Assembly (NCBI GenBank): GCA_051942205.1
Contig: JAVECO010000012.1
Coordinates: forward strand, 1-64,000
Reading direction: 5' to 3'
Source: Coniocarpon cinnabarinum
Taxonomy: Eukaryota
Length of the DNA: 64,000 bases
Numbering within the stretch: the first letter of the stretch is position 1; the number at the start of each line of letters is the position of its first letter. This document shows, in pieces, positions 35,848-47,959 of this stretch. A program made the translations under genes and the position numbers. Under the pieces are notes generated by a model. The model was not told where the DNA came from. It was given only the letters and a program-made list of their open reading frames with translations, and did not search any database.

Positions 35848-37686
35848 CTACTTATCAGTGCTTCCAGAATCAGATGGATCACGCTTTCTTGCTGCGCCCG
35901 CACGTGTCCTTATCGGCTTCGAAAGCTGATTCAACACGTCACCCATGCTCGTCCCCTTCCGCGCGTGGGCATTTCCCTCCCCCCCTTGCCCACTCGCACC
36001 TTCACGCTGCGTTTCGCCGCCGGCGCCGGCGCCGAGCTCGTCAGAAGACTGATCACCACCCCCAATTCCATACGTTTTCCGGACCAGCGGCCGAAACCCC
36101 GTCGCCTGCGCCATTCTCCGCTTCGAGAACTGGCCCATGCTCCCCGCCGTCGTGTTCTGCGCTTGGTATTCCTGCTGTGTCATCGACGCGGGCATGCTGT
36201 AGGCTGACATTTCGGAACCGCCGAGGTCCATGTTCTTGGCGTCGACTTCGGCGTGTGTTGCGCTGCGGAGGCGTAAGTGGACGCGCCCTGCTTGATCGAC
36301 GCGTGCGCCTTGCGCTTGGACCCAGATTCGCGCGCCGCCCTCCAGACTAATGCCCATGGTATTGCCACGGGCGTCCTGGTCTGGCACGGGCTTGTTGTCC
36401 TGTTGGCCCTGCAGCGTCTGCCGGCGGATCTCGGGTATGACTTTGCGATCTCCTCGCGTTTTGTCCGAGTCTTGTACTACGAAGCCGGCGACACCGAGAT
36501 ACCCTTTCTGTGTCAAGAATTCGACTCTTCGAGTGAGGATACGCGCGACGGTGGGATGCTGTTGATTGAGGGGGCCGAAGATGTGGTGGTTAGGGAGGAT
36601 GGCGTTGGTGCGGAGGTAGGACAGGCCGGCGGAAGGGTGCGTGGTGGGTGGTCCAGTGGCGATGGTGCCGTTGCTGGGGCTCCGGGCGAAGTGCATTTCG
36701 GCTGTGATTGCGAAGTGACCTTGTCCACCTGAGGTAACGTGATCTTGGATGGAGGAGCCGAGAATGGGAAGGTCGAGGAAGCGCGTGACTAGGTCGGTGA
36801 GGGGCGAGGAGGTGGAAAATGAGGCGCGGACTTCGCGTAGGTAGTCGGAGAACTCCTCATCAGACATTGATTGGGACTGCGGAAGAGACGATGCTTCAGG
36901 GTGCGTGGTATCAAGCAAAGTGGAAGTGTCGGACGGCGCATCATCTGCCGCCAGCGGACTGGAGGCCTGAGTCAGACTCGAGAGAAGCTTCTCATGCGCT
37001 GAATTTGCAGCGTTTCTCGCACCACGACCATACTTCGTGGCATTGCCGAATGCTTGCTCTTGCTCTCGACGCTGCGCTTCGTGCTGCCGGAGGAAGGCGA
37101 GGAACTCCTCGCGACGGCCATACAGCTGCTGCTCCACATAGTCCAGGAACTCCTGCTCACTTAGACCAGCGAGCCAAGGACCCTCATACTTCCATCTGCT
37201 GACCGACTGTCCAGTCTTTGGGTTTTTGCCCGCTGCTTTGGAGTCGGTATTATCTGAAGACGGTTCAAAAGGACTTGCAGCTACGATGGTCTGCAGCCCT
37301 GACCGTTCTTCTCTCACGCTCAAGGGTATCCCAAGTTCCAGAAACTTTTCCCGCGTCGCCGTGAGATCGCTCGCCGTGTCAAAATCAGTAATGTGCTCTC
37401 GAGTGTCAACAACATTGACTCGAAAGACTGGTGGCTGAGAAGGCTTTTGGGTCGATTTCCTGGGGAAAGATCGTTTCAGACCCCAGTCTCCTCTTGAGCG
37501 CCCCGATGCCGGGGTTGTGATGGCTTGCTGGACTGGATATGGTAGCGTGGCAGTAGGCGACTGGGCATTGGAGACGAAAGAGTTGGACGTGATGAACTCT
37601 TGCGGGCGTGGGAGTGGAGGCGGTAAGGAAAAGAAGCGAGATGAGCGCAGAGTGCTCGCCGTGGGCGAGTAGCGCTTCGCCGACAT
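35848..37686 (-). CDS. MRP51: Mitochondrial small-subunit ribosomal protein Mrp51 (bS1m)
   Basis: LRSSRFFSLP, RGDWGLKRSFP, RWKYEGPWLAGLSE and PPTTHPSAGLSYLRT match fungal Mrp51. Confidence 0.85.
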   Translation of the reverse strand: MSAKRYSPTASTLRSSRFFSLPPPLPRPQEFITSNSFVSNAQSPTATLPYPVQQAITTPASGRSRGDWGLKRSFPRKSTQKPSQPPVFRVNVVDTREHITDFDTASDLTATREKFLELGIPLSVREERSGLQTIVAASPFEPSSDNTDSKAAGKNPKTGQSVSRWKYEGPWLAGLSEQEFLDYVEQQLYGRREEFLAFLRQHEAQRREQEQAFGNATKYGRGARNAANSAHEKLLSSLTQASSPLAADDAPSDTSTLLDTTHPEASSLPQSQSMSDEEFSDYLREVRASFSTSSPLTDLVTRFLDLPILGSSIQDHVTSGGQGHFAITAEMHFARSPSNGTIATGPPTTHPSAGLSYLRTNAILPNHHIFGPLNQQHPTVARILTRRVEFLTQKGYLGVAGFVVQDSDKTRGDRKVIPEIRRQTLQGQQDNKPVPDQDARGNTMGISLEGGARIWVQAQGARVDQAGRVHLRLRSATHAEVDAKNMDLGGSEMSAYSMPASMTQQEYQAQNTTAGSMGQFSKRRMAQATGFRPLVRKTYGIGGGDQSSDELGAGAGGETQREGASGQGGEGNAHARKGTSMGDVLNQLSKPIRTRAGAARKRDPSDSGSTDK

Positions 37687-37899
37687 AGGAATTCAGGGCT
37701 GTTTCTATCTCGATGTGAGAGCCATAACTATTAGTGATGCCGTACGTTGACATGATATGCTCGAGATGTCAATGCTGGTGCACGGACCATAAGCAGTCAG
37801 GCTTCATTATGTAAGCGGCCGCACTAAGCTTCCTCCACTTCACATTTGCGAAGTTCCGTTCTCAGAGAACATCTCAACGACAGTGTACACACCGTCAAA

Positions 37900-38600
37900 A
37901 TGGGGCGCGTGAGGACCAAAGTAAGATCGAACACCTATATCTCGATGTTTGAGGTGGAGTGTGTTCCTCAAAGCTGACACTCCCTCTCATAGACAGTCAA
38001 GAAATCTTCAAAGGTCGTGATTGAGCGTTACTACCCAAAGCTCACCCTTGATTTCGAGACCAACAAGCGCATATGTGATGAAATCGCTATCATCGCCAGC
38101 AAGCGCCTCCGCAACAAGGTATGCTTCACTGCGACACCAACCATCTGGCAAGCCCTTGTCCGTTTCAAAGTGGAAAGAAAGCCTGGACTCTCAAGAATAT
38201 GCGCACTTGACCGAAAGCGTAGAGGCCGCAAAGGCTGACACTCTCATTTCTAGATTGCTGGTTACACGACCCATCTGATGAAACGTATCCAACGTGGTCC
38301 AGTCCGTGGTATCTCCTTCAAATTGCAAGAAGAAGAGCGTGAGAGAAAGGATCAATATGTGCCGGAGGTGTCAGCTTTGGACTTCACACAAAACAGCGAG
38401 AGCGGTCAGCTGGATGTGGATCAGGAGACGAGAGACATGTTGAAGAGCATGGGAGTAAGCTCTGAATTGGAAGCCTTGACCAATGGATTTTTGCTGACTT
38501 TGAGATTTAGTTCGATAGCATTCCTGTTAACGTGGTGCCTGTTGCTGCTCAGGCTGTGGCCGAGCGACCTCGTCGCTTCGGAGATCGACTACCAAGATGA
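37900..38600 (+). CDS. RPS17: 40S ribosomal protein S17 (eS17), 4 exons
   Basis: [82 protein letters not shown]; introns 37921-37992, 38119-38253, 38455-38510. Confidence 0.98.
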
Positions 38601-38839
38601 TTGATGCAGCTGGAACCCTTTGTCCCTTCAAGACAGTCGAATGGATGCAAGCAGCAAGCCAAGATTTTGTGTGTTCTTCTCAGTGCACCGTGCCCTTTGT
38701 CATCTTTTTGCAAAGCTGCCGAGGCAATTCTTCAAGGGTATGATCTGTGTCTGTGGTTGCAAACGCGCTATCAGATGGCTTATACGCCATGGCGAAACCG
38801 AGGCATGCGTGGACTTTGAACGCAATTGTAGATGATTCA

Positions 38840-39577
38840 TTAAGCACTTGAAGAGTCTTGGTGTTTCTTCTTTGGCACATATCCATCTATCGCGTCTACA
38901 GCGTATTCGCGCTCATTGGGGGCCTCCGCTGCAGCAGCTATAGGCGTCTCCTTAATATCATTTGCCAAAGTAGTTTTTTTGACAGACCCTGTAGCTTCAC
39001 CTCTCTCTATTGCAAGCTTCTGCATCGCCACGTCGAGAGCCTTGTCATCGTCAGCATCTCCGACGCGGTGCTGGCCAATTTCTGTCTCTAGCTTATCGTG
39101 ATTTCCCTCATCGAAAAGCTCGATTGGCTGGGTGTAATTATAGATTCTTTCCCAAGCAGGCTGCGCATTCAGTTGCACTTTGATGTAGAGAGCCCGGCGA
39201 GCACAGGCATCGCTGCACCACATATCCACCTGCTTACCCGACAGAAACCTAGTGTTGTTCTTTCCGCCAGTTTGCAGGCGAACTGTTCCCCTACCTGGTT
39301 CGTGTCTACGAAGCCGTGGACAGAAAACGTACCCACATCTGTCAAGACAGTTTCGCTCTTCAAAAAGTGCAGCATAGTCAGAAGGTTGAAAATTTCGGAC
39401 AAGGTCACGAAATCTTGCAACGTCGGAAGCAGATGGATGCACCGTATCAGAGCGTCCATCTGTGGGATAATGCATCAATTCCTCAATCGCTGCAAGATTT
39501 GCAGCTTCAACGTCCTTGCGCTGCTGGAGCAGCTGAGCGTGATGGACAGCTATTTCACGGTGTTTGTCATTCGCCAT
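38840..39577 (-). CDS. RTR1: RNA polymerase II CTD phosphatase Rtr1/RPAP2
   Basis: FQPSDYAALFEERNCLDRCGYVFC...WCSDACARRALY.KVQL...PAWER zinc-binding signature. Confidence 0.9.
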   Translation of the reverse strand: MANDKHREIAVHHAQLLQQRKDVEAANLAAIEELMHYPTDGRSDTVHPSASDVARFRDLVRNFQPSDYAALFEERNCLDRCGYVFCPRLRRHEPGRGTVRLQTGGKNNTRFLSGKQVDMWCSDACARRALYIKVQLNAQPAWERIYNYTQPIELFDEGNHDKLETEIGQHRVGDADDDKALDVAMQKLAIERGEATGSVKKTTLANDIKETPIAAAAEAPNEREYAVDAIDGYVPKKKHQDSSSA

Positions 39578-40046
39578 GTTCGTACTCAGTAGGGATCTGT
39601 GCAGCTAATCTCTTGGGAGCTCCTGACCGGGGCGATGTCGCAATAACTTAGCACACCATTCACTATCTGGATAAATCAGAGTGAACAGATGCATTTAAAT
39701 GATGAAGAAGATACAAAGTATAGCCTGCAAAGTCAGGCACACGGATGATTCGCGTCCTAGCATAGCGCGGTGCTAAAGAGTTAACTACGCAAGCATTACG
39801 AACAATCGATGCGTTGGTGATGATTCAATCCTCATGTCATACAGCTTCTTGGAACTCCATGTAGCTTGAAAAACTCTTTCCGACTTCTTCCTCGTAGCAT
39901 CGAGCAACCCTTCCTCGAATTCAAGCACGTGTCGGGTGTGCCAGCGACGTCATTTCTGCCTGGTGTTCTGAGAACCCATACCACAAACTGTCTCATTAAC
40001 CAGTACAAACTTTAATATACGTGTAGAAGACGGCCATTCTGTTGAC

Positions 40047-43000
40047 ATGACGGCGCTTCCCTTCAAAGTGAAAGCGATTTATGACTACTCCTCACCCCAC
40101 GATGACGACCTCAACTTCTTCAGCGGCCAGATCATCAATGTCACCGAGGAGGAAGACAACGAGTGGTACGTCGGCGAGTATACTGGCGAGGATGGCGTAA
40201 AGAAAGACGGTCTATTTCCTCGCAACTTTGTGGAGCGCTATGAGCCACAAGCTCCCCCCCGGCCAGCTCGGTCACGTCCTAAAGCTGAAGTGCAGCCTCC
40301 ACCTGAGCCCGATATAGCCACAGCCACACAGCAGCAGCCGGAGCTCGATACATCCACAACAAGAGCGCTGAAGGCTGAGCCCCCCAGTGCCGAGACTGAG
40401 CCTGTGGAGCAGACAACTGGACCTGAGCACATCTCTGGTCGGGTTGAACCGCCTCCAGCTCCAAAGCCACAACCAGCAAAACCAACGCTCACAGCAGCCT
40501 CTGCGAAGCCGGCAGCCCCCGAGACTGCTTCCAAGCCGACGTCAAGCTCCTTCAAAGACCGTATTGCTGCGTTCAACAAGCCCGCTGCGCCGCCTGTTGC
40601 TCCCAAACCATCAGGTGCACCCGCCAACCAAAATTTCATCAAGAAGCCATTTGTTGCTCCGCCTCCGTCTCGGAATGCATATGTACCCAGCACAGCCAAG
40701 CAAGACGCGCCACAAAAGGTCTATCGCCGTGAAGAAGACCCCGAGATAGCGCAGCGAGTCGCACAAGACCAGAAAGAAGCTGAGGAGGCTGGACTGGCTG
40801 GAGAAGCTGCACAGAAGGAAGAAGTAGGTGAAGAAGCTCCGAAGGCAACCAGTCTGAAAGACAGGATTGCTCTGTTACAAAAACAGCAACAGGAACAGGC
40901 CGCTCGAAGAGCTGAAGGAGCCACGAAACACAAGCGACCGCCTCAATCTCCGATAGAACCCGAAGATGTCACGTCGCAGGACTCTCAAGCCGACGTCACA
41001 TCACCAGTGGAAAGTGCACGAGACTCTTCGGATCTTCGCAGGCCGTTACCTACTCGATTAGCCTCTCACGAGGAGGATACGGATGATCTGGCAAGAGACA
41101 CGCTTAGCGACGGCAACGAAGCCGACCAGTCAGGCGCGGGAGAGACGACCGAAGATGCTGGTGGCGACTCCACGGAGGTTGAGGAGCTTGCGTCCAAGAG
41201 TAGAACCCATGCGCCTCCGCCTCCACCCCGTACGTTGACAAGCGAGAGTCGTGAAGCTCCCGTGGAGAGTATTGAAAAGGGCGAAGATGAGGCCGAGGGG
41301 CAAGAAGAAGAGGAAGATGTGGACCCTGAGACTCGTCGGAAGGAAGAGCTTCGTGCTCGAATGGCGAAGATGAGCGGCGGCATGGGAATGCCAGGAATGT
41401 TTGGAATGCCGCCTCCTCGTGCACCCGCTACCGGAGGAAAACCATCAGTCCCCCGCCGCACGTCTAGTGAAGCTCGGTCACCTCCGCCTCAGCAGCGTGT
41501 CCCAATGGTGCCCATGCCAGGCGCTGGCCCCAGAGTTCAAAGCCCGAGGGGAGAAGAAGACCCAGCTTATTTTGTTCAAAAGGAGCGCGAGCCTTCCGTG
41601 CCAGACACCAGGGTTGAGTCTGCAGACGCGGTTCCAGACGTGGAGGACCTGAGTCCACTACCACATTCGCAGGCCCATTCGACAGAGACACAGCCCCCTC
41701 CAATCGCACAAGGTACGTTTAGATTTCGCGGTCAAATAGTCCAGCCAGGCCGGCATGACATGAAAGTACTTCTTCGGGCTGCTCTTTGTGATCCAGTTAT
41801 CCGGCAAGCACATGTCGATTGCGAAAACGGGTCACAAAAGCTGCTACTAATCGAAGTGCTCAGTATGTTTTGTCGAGCCCTTCTGGCCCGCAAAGCATCC
41901 TGGTTCACGCTCTTGATTGCTGACTACGCGAAGATCGCAGTGCATCTGGGTCGCACACGCGAGACGGTCCGCCGCCGATACCCAGCAATCGACCTTCTGC
42001 TGAGCCACAAGGTATGATCTTGTCACACGCCGGACTCAACACCTGCTGATATGTCTAGCACGTGCGGTTCCACCTCCACCACCGCGTCGCACTTCGATGG
42101 CAAAAGATAGTGATGACGACGACGATGACGCCGACGAAAACCCGCTTGGCAGTTCGTTGAATAGCCGAGAGCCACTGCATGTTACTTCTGGTCTACACAC
42201 TGACCTTCCCCGACGTGGTAGCGTCCGTCAACCTCCTGCTACACACACAACTGCAGACAAGGCACCTTCAAGCCCACCTATGGCCCCTCAAACATCGCCG
42301 CCTTCGCATGAGAGACGTGTCAGCCGTGCTCCTCCACCTATTCCTGCAGGAAGCCCTCGAATGCCGCCGCTCCCTGCGCAGCAGCGACCTCCTCCGCCTC
42401 CTCCGCCAAGTGCAGCTCCAGCTAAGGCTCAGCCACATAGTCGAAGCTCGACTGACACGGGCGATGGTATTCATGATGAGGAGCGGGACTCGGAATACGA
42501 GGGAGATTATGATACTGACATAGCACCAACAGCATCTCATAAAGAGGCATTGAAGTCAAAGACTGGACGTGACGCAAGCCTTGATGAGGATAGCACCCTA
42601 TCAGGAGTGCCGACCGGACGCTCACCGGCAGCGCCGCCACCGCCTCTGCCCACTACACAACGGACAGCCCCTCCTCCTCCGCCACCTAGTCAAGCCCCGC
42701 CGCGAAGATCTGCAGATATTGGTCGCCCTCCCCCACCGCCGCCGCCACGCCAAGTCGATGAAGATGAATATGACCCTTACCGGTATGATGAAGAGCCTAC
42801 GCCTCCAAGTCGAGCCTCGACTGGACGCAGCGAGCAACCTCAATCTCTCCAATCTACGGTCCTTCCACCACCGCAGGATTCACAGCAGCGCCCACCTGTA
42901 TCAGTACCTGCAGCTGGATCAACTGCGACTCCTCGTGTTGATCCGGTACCAGAAGCGCGTCCAAGCATGGATGAGTCGCGTCCGTCCTTGCAAGCTTCGA

Positions 43001-43845
43001 GGAAGTCTATGACGGGTCGACGTTCAATGGATCCTGGCAGTCGACCTTTTGCAGATGATGGAGGTCATGTTGCACGTGACATTGATTTGGCACGATCGTC
43101 GATGTGGTGGGCACACTACAACAGTCCCCCGCCTGCTTTCCACAATCGGAGTGACATTCTCTTCGAATGTGAGGAAGCTACTACGTCAAAACGAGGCGGG
43201 CGAAGCACTACTAACAAAGACGTCTACATCTTGTTTCCCGATTACAGCCAGACGATAATCACTGCCCAGTACGATGCCAAAGACCCCTCCCACGATGTGC
43301 ACCTTGAGCAACGACATGAGGAACCTCCACATCGACTTCGGCAAGATCAACTTGAAGCTGTCTACTCCAGGTTCGGCGAGCCGATTGCCGCAATGGCAAT
43401 GGCAAAACAGAATCAGACGGTAGGTGACGGCACGCCTCAAGCGCTGGTGATGGAGCTTATGAGGAGCTCGGACCCTAATGTACTACTCCCGGTGGGCAAT
43501 CGTGCGTATGGGGCGGTAGTCTATTCCAACATGGCCAATTCGAGCGTCTCACAGTACGATGAGATCCGGCCCGGTGATATCGTTAGCTTCAAGAACGCCA
43601 AATTCAAAGGCAAGCACGGAGCAATGCACGCGAAGTACAGCATGGACGTTGGCAAACCCGATCATGTGGCCGTGGTCATGGAATGGGATGGCACCAAGAA
43701 AAAGATTCGTGCCCTGGAGCAAGGTCGCGAGAAGGCAAAGTCAGTGAAATTGGAAAGCTTCCGGGTCGGCGATCTTGGAGGAGGTGAAGTCAAGGTGTGG
43801 AGAGTGGTTGGCCGAGACTATGTTGGGTGGGAGAGCAATGGCTGA
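40047..43845 (+). CDS. BBC1: SH3-domain, proline-rich myosin-I tail-interacting protein Bbc1/Mti1, 3 exons
   Basis: N-terminal SH3 (VKAIYDYSSPHDDDLNF..WYVG..GLFPRNFVE), SFKDRIAAF, polyproline middle, C-terminal YILFPDYSQT..EIRPGDIV..WDGTKKK. Introns 41713-41933 and 42012-42058. Confidence 0.88.
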
Positions 43846-44319
43846 TCCGTGGAACGGAAGCATCGAGCGTGATTATGCATAGATACGACACCTGTGTCAA
43901 TAATAGTTCTTTGTCATCTGCATGGAGACAGAAGACAGTAAAGGTCGTACGGAGTGCCGCCCTGCCCTAATGCACGAGACAAGAATCACATCGGAATATC
44001 AGGTATTTCTCTCACTTAACCCGCCAGTGGTGGAGCAACAACAAAAGGCTTCGCAATGTTCTGCCTGAGGCCACGATCTTGCAGTGTCACAATATGTCAG
44101 TCGGTTCGTGGAGAATTGCGTTCCGGCTTTCACGTGAATCATAGTTACAGGTGATAATATCTATTGCCACTCACTCTCGTGACTTCCTCTTCACTCTACC
44201 TGCGCCAACCGCTGTTGCTTACCCACCAACATCCTGTATTCTGCACTTGCAGCAAACGATTCCAGCCCATCACGTTGAACAGAGCAATCCGGACTTGTTT
44301 GGAGTTGTCTTCCAGCAAG

Positions 44320-46121
44320 ATGACTGCTCCATCTGGCGCAATGGCGTCTGATGTAGATGAGGGTAAGTTGTCGAAGGGAAACGACGAATTCCGTAAAGCC
44401 TGCTGCCCTGCTGCTGCCTCGCCTGTTGAATCTTGCAAGATTGAGACCTTGCCTGTTGAATTGCTGAATTCAATCTGCGACTTGCTCTTATCGATGCCAC
44501 CCACAAACCTGAAGGCCTTCACCTTGACCTGTAAAACCGTGCGTGCTGCATGCACACGCGGTCTGGAGCGAATGCGCCAACTCCATGAGCAATTTGGGAA
44601 GCTCGATCTGGTAGTGTATCGGCGACCAAGGTCGCCAGAGCCGGCCGATGTGTGTGGTTTGCTTGGAGAAATTCTGTCACACCCGATTGCCCGGCTGTAC
44701 GTGCGCAGTCTCAAGGTACGGACAGCAGAGTCGGGAGCCTCGACCTTTGGGTATACAAACTTCGACTACACAAGAACACAAGCACTTGTAAGACGGGTTA
44801 CGGGCGAATCGATGCCACTTTGGGAAGAGAATTTTGGACGTCATGCGAAGAGTAAGTAAGAAACTAAGCGAGAACGCAGATGTCCACTATTGGGCGTTGG
44901 ATCCAGATTTCCACGCCTACATGGCACGTTGATTGCTGTCTGATGGTTTATTGATCCTAGCAGACGTTGCTCGACAAGGACACTGTCAAGCTTCAGTCCA
45001 AGAAGAGTTCAGCATCATGAAGAATCTGGCTGATAACTAGAGGGCTTTCATCAGAGCTTGAGAGTCTGACAACGTTTACGATCTCCGTACTAACTTTTGT
45101 GTTAACAGCATACGTTGAGGGTATTCTCTCCAGCTGGGAAAGGGCCCCACCCGGACACTCGACAATGCTCAGCTTTGCTGCCCTTTTTCCTTTTCTCCAC
45201 ACGATAGATGTGCCATTCAGACCTGGAAGAATGGAAGATTTTGCCAGACGGATCAGCCTCTCCCGACAATATTTTCGCAAGCAGATGAAGCGTTTCAAGA
45301 GCATACACAACAACTACGACCTTGGCCCCCCACCTTTTGGGCAGCTACGTAACATCCAGCTGGTGTGTAGCGAGGATCCTGGACGTTGCCTGCCATCGCT
45401 TGGCGTAGTGGTGGATGAGCGATCATCAATCCAGCATCTTGTGCTGGAAGGTCTCGAAGCCAGCAGACGAGACAAGAATTGGCTAGAGAGATCAACACGA
45501 AAACAGCTACAGACGATCGAGCTGGTGAATACACCGGCGTCCATCGAGACGCTGGAGATTGTCTTCAAGGGTGCGAAAGAACTGCAAACCTTTCAGTATC
45601 AGATTCGCGACTTTGATGACACAGCACCCGACTGGGCGTACTGGGATGTTGTCGTGGAAGTCATGCGCGAGACGTTTGTCAATTCCTTGACAAAACTCTC
45701 ATTGACTTGCGTGAATCCACTGTCCACACAATCACTCACGATGAGGCCACTACCCAGTCTCGGCGCCTTTGAGAACATCAGATACTTCCACACGCAAGCG
45801 TCCCTGCTCATCCACGACCGAGAGAGCAATCTGTCGAAATCTACCAAGACCATCTACTTTCAGGCTTCTGTTGCTCCAAAAGACCGCAGCATCCAAGTCA
45901 CGCGATTGAATGCAATACTACCACCATCAGTCAAGCGAGTCAGACTTGACATGTTTGAACTCATGGAAATTTCCAGTAGGATGTTTGTGGGTCTCGACGA
46001 AACAGTAGAGTTCCCATACTTGGATGAATTCGAATTAAGCTGGCGACCCGTGACAGCGGACCTTGACAGGAGGATTGCAAAAATCCTGAGAGCCCGGAAT
46101 GCAACATGGCGGTACCCTTGA
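44320..46121 (+). CDS. Divergent F-box-like protein (or partly decayed gene)
   Basis: F-box-like IETLPVELLNSICDLL..NLKAFTLTCK and a leucine-rich C-terminal ORF. A phase-compatible intron 44852-45108 (GTAAGT..CTAAC..CAG) would join the two. Confidence 0.6.
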
Positions 46122-46696
46122 TAATACCCGGTTTGGCATGATTGGATATCCGACCATGGTTTCATATAATGTCGCACGCTTCGCGGTTTCTGAGGAAGCC
46201 ACCTCCCAGCAAGGACGCAGCAACGGCTTGCGCAACGAGGGATTTGCGCAATTGAGCAGCTGTTGATGACTCATTACGATTGATGCTCTAACTGAATAGC
46301 ATGTCTTTGATTCCTTTGAAGATTTTTCCTTATACATGTCATTCCCTGCGCACAAGGTCTTTGTAGGAAAGTGCTTACCGCACTTTAATTCACCGTCTTA
46401 TGCGTCGCAAAAGGCTTTCGCCATTATACTCATAGCTCTGTGACCTGAGTTCTTCGTATTGTAGACGCTCCTCACTTAGACTGAAAATCTGGCAACGAAT
46501 TTTGTCCACAGCCATTGCCACATGCCTAAGCGTGCGCGGGACCTACATTAGATGCTTATGCAACGGCAGTCGATGCAGCGGCTCTTTTTGGCACCTTGAT
46601 CTAGCACCTTGATCTACACCAAGCGCAAGTAAATGTAAGCGCGAACATAAGCGGCGAGCTGTCCGCGCAAGGTTTACACGCAGAGCTGCCCTGTTC

Positions 46697-47539
46697 TCAG
46701 CTGGCTGGAAACGCCCGCTCCAGAGGCATTCGTTGTGACTCCCATGCCAACCAATCCGATCTCGTCGTTGGCAGCAGACCCTGTCAATATGGTCAGCATG
46801 CGCCGTAAGCAGGTCCGACGAAGATTTGCGGTACCATTGCGTTAATCTTGTATATGCCCAACGCTAATGTCAACAGGTTCGTAGCCACGTATGCCAGCTT
46901 CACCATGGTCAATTGGCTTCGATAGGCTGGCATCTCGAAGCGCGCGAAGGTTTGTGAGATGTTCATGAGAGCCGCAAAGGGGCTTCTCAGGAGTGTGAAG
47001 ACCATGAAGATGGAGAAGATCTGGAGGGAGTTGCCGCTAGCCATTGTCAGCCTTGGCCCTTGTCCATGCCGCGAGCATTTGATCGCCCATCACTGGAACA
47101 TCCGTACCTCATGTAGAGACCAATGGCGGAAAGAGGTAATTGTTTCGCCGGTGCCTAGCGGTCCATCTTAGCCGTGGCATGCAGACGCTGAGGAGCATCA
47201 TCGTACCAGTGCAACTTCCCATGCCTTCTTCAGCTTCAATGTGTCCAAATCTTCTGAGCTTGGGCCTTTCTTCGCGGCAGGCTGCGTGGACTTTGCACCT
47301 TTCTATGGCGGTGAAATCAGCACCCAAGCAGAGTGCAGCAACCCCGGCGGACCAACCTTGGACGGAGGCGCGTCTGATGCGAAACCGGGAGGGTTTGGGA
47401 TTGAAGAGCCTTTCGGTGGCCTTGGGAGGGGCGCTGATGAGAGATCGAGCACCTGCTGCGACGTTAGACATGCTGTATGAGATATGATCTGGCTGTGTAC
47501 ACTTGCCCAGCTTGGAGGAGGCGGCGGAGGGGAGGCCAT
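46697..47539 (-). CDS. EMC4: ER membrane protein complex subunit 4, ~6 exons
   Basis: Spliced: IPNPPGF, DLDTLKLKKAWEVAL|APAKQLPLSAIGLYMS|GNSLQIFSIFMVF, YKINAM|GLLPTTRSDWLAWE. Confidence 0.92.
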
Positions 47540-47959
47540 TGATAGAAATGGATGATTTTTGGCCGAACAGCGCAGACGGGACTACTTTGTCTGATTTTAT
47601 TATGCTTGATAACTGCTCTATAGCCTCAAGCACTGTTTGCTAATCCTACCGTCGCGCCCTCACGAAAGTTCAGTTGAACGTTCATCGCTTTCACTGTATC
47701 GGATTTAACCGGAGTTAAAATGCAGAGCATATCCCGACCGCAAAGGCTATAGAATTATAGAAGCGAGACGAGCCTGTACAACTGAGTGCCTTGCATCAAT
47801 TTCACTTACGATACGACAGTGCCCGCGCCCTAATACTGTTGCAATCATACAGCGACTGACGTTGTGTAGAAATGCTTTGGAACGCAGGGGAGTGTCAGCG
47901 GTTGATCAGATGAATTAAGACGATCCTCTCGAGGAATATCAAAAACAAGCTCGAGCACC

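Noticed and set aside
38119..38253. Possible intronic snoRNA in RPS17 intron 2
   Set aside because: No convincing C/D or H/ACA boxes seen.
46590..46620. Short tandem duplications (GCACCTTGATCTA x2; similar ones near 10772, 32059 and 54362)
   Set aside because: Two-copy slippage repeats; not an array, CRISPR or element terminus.
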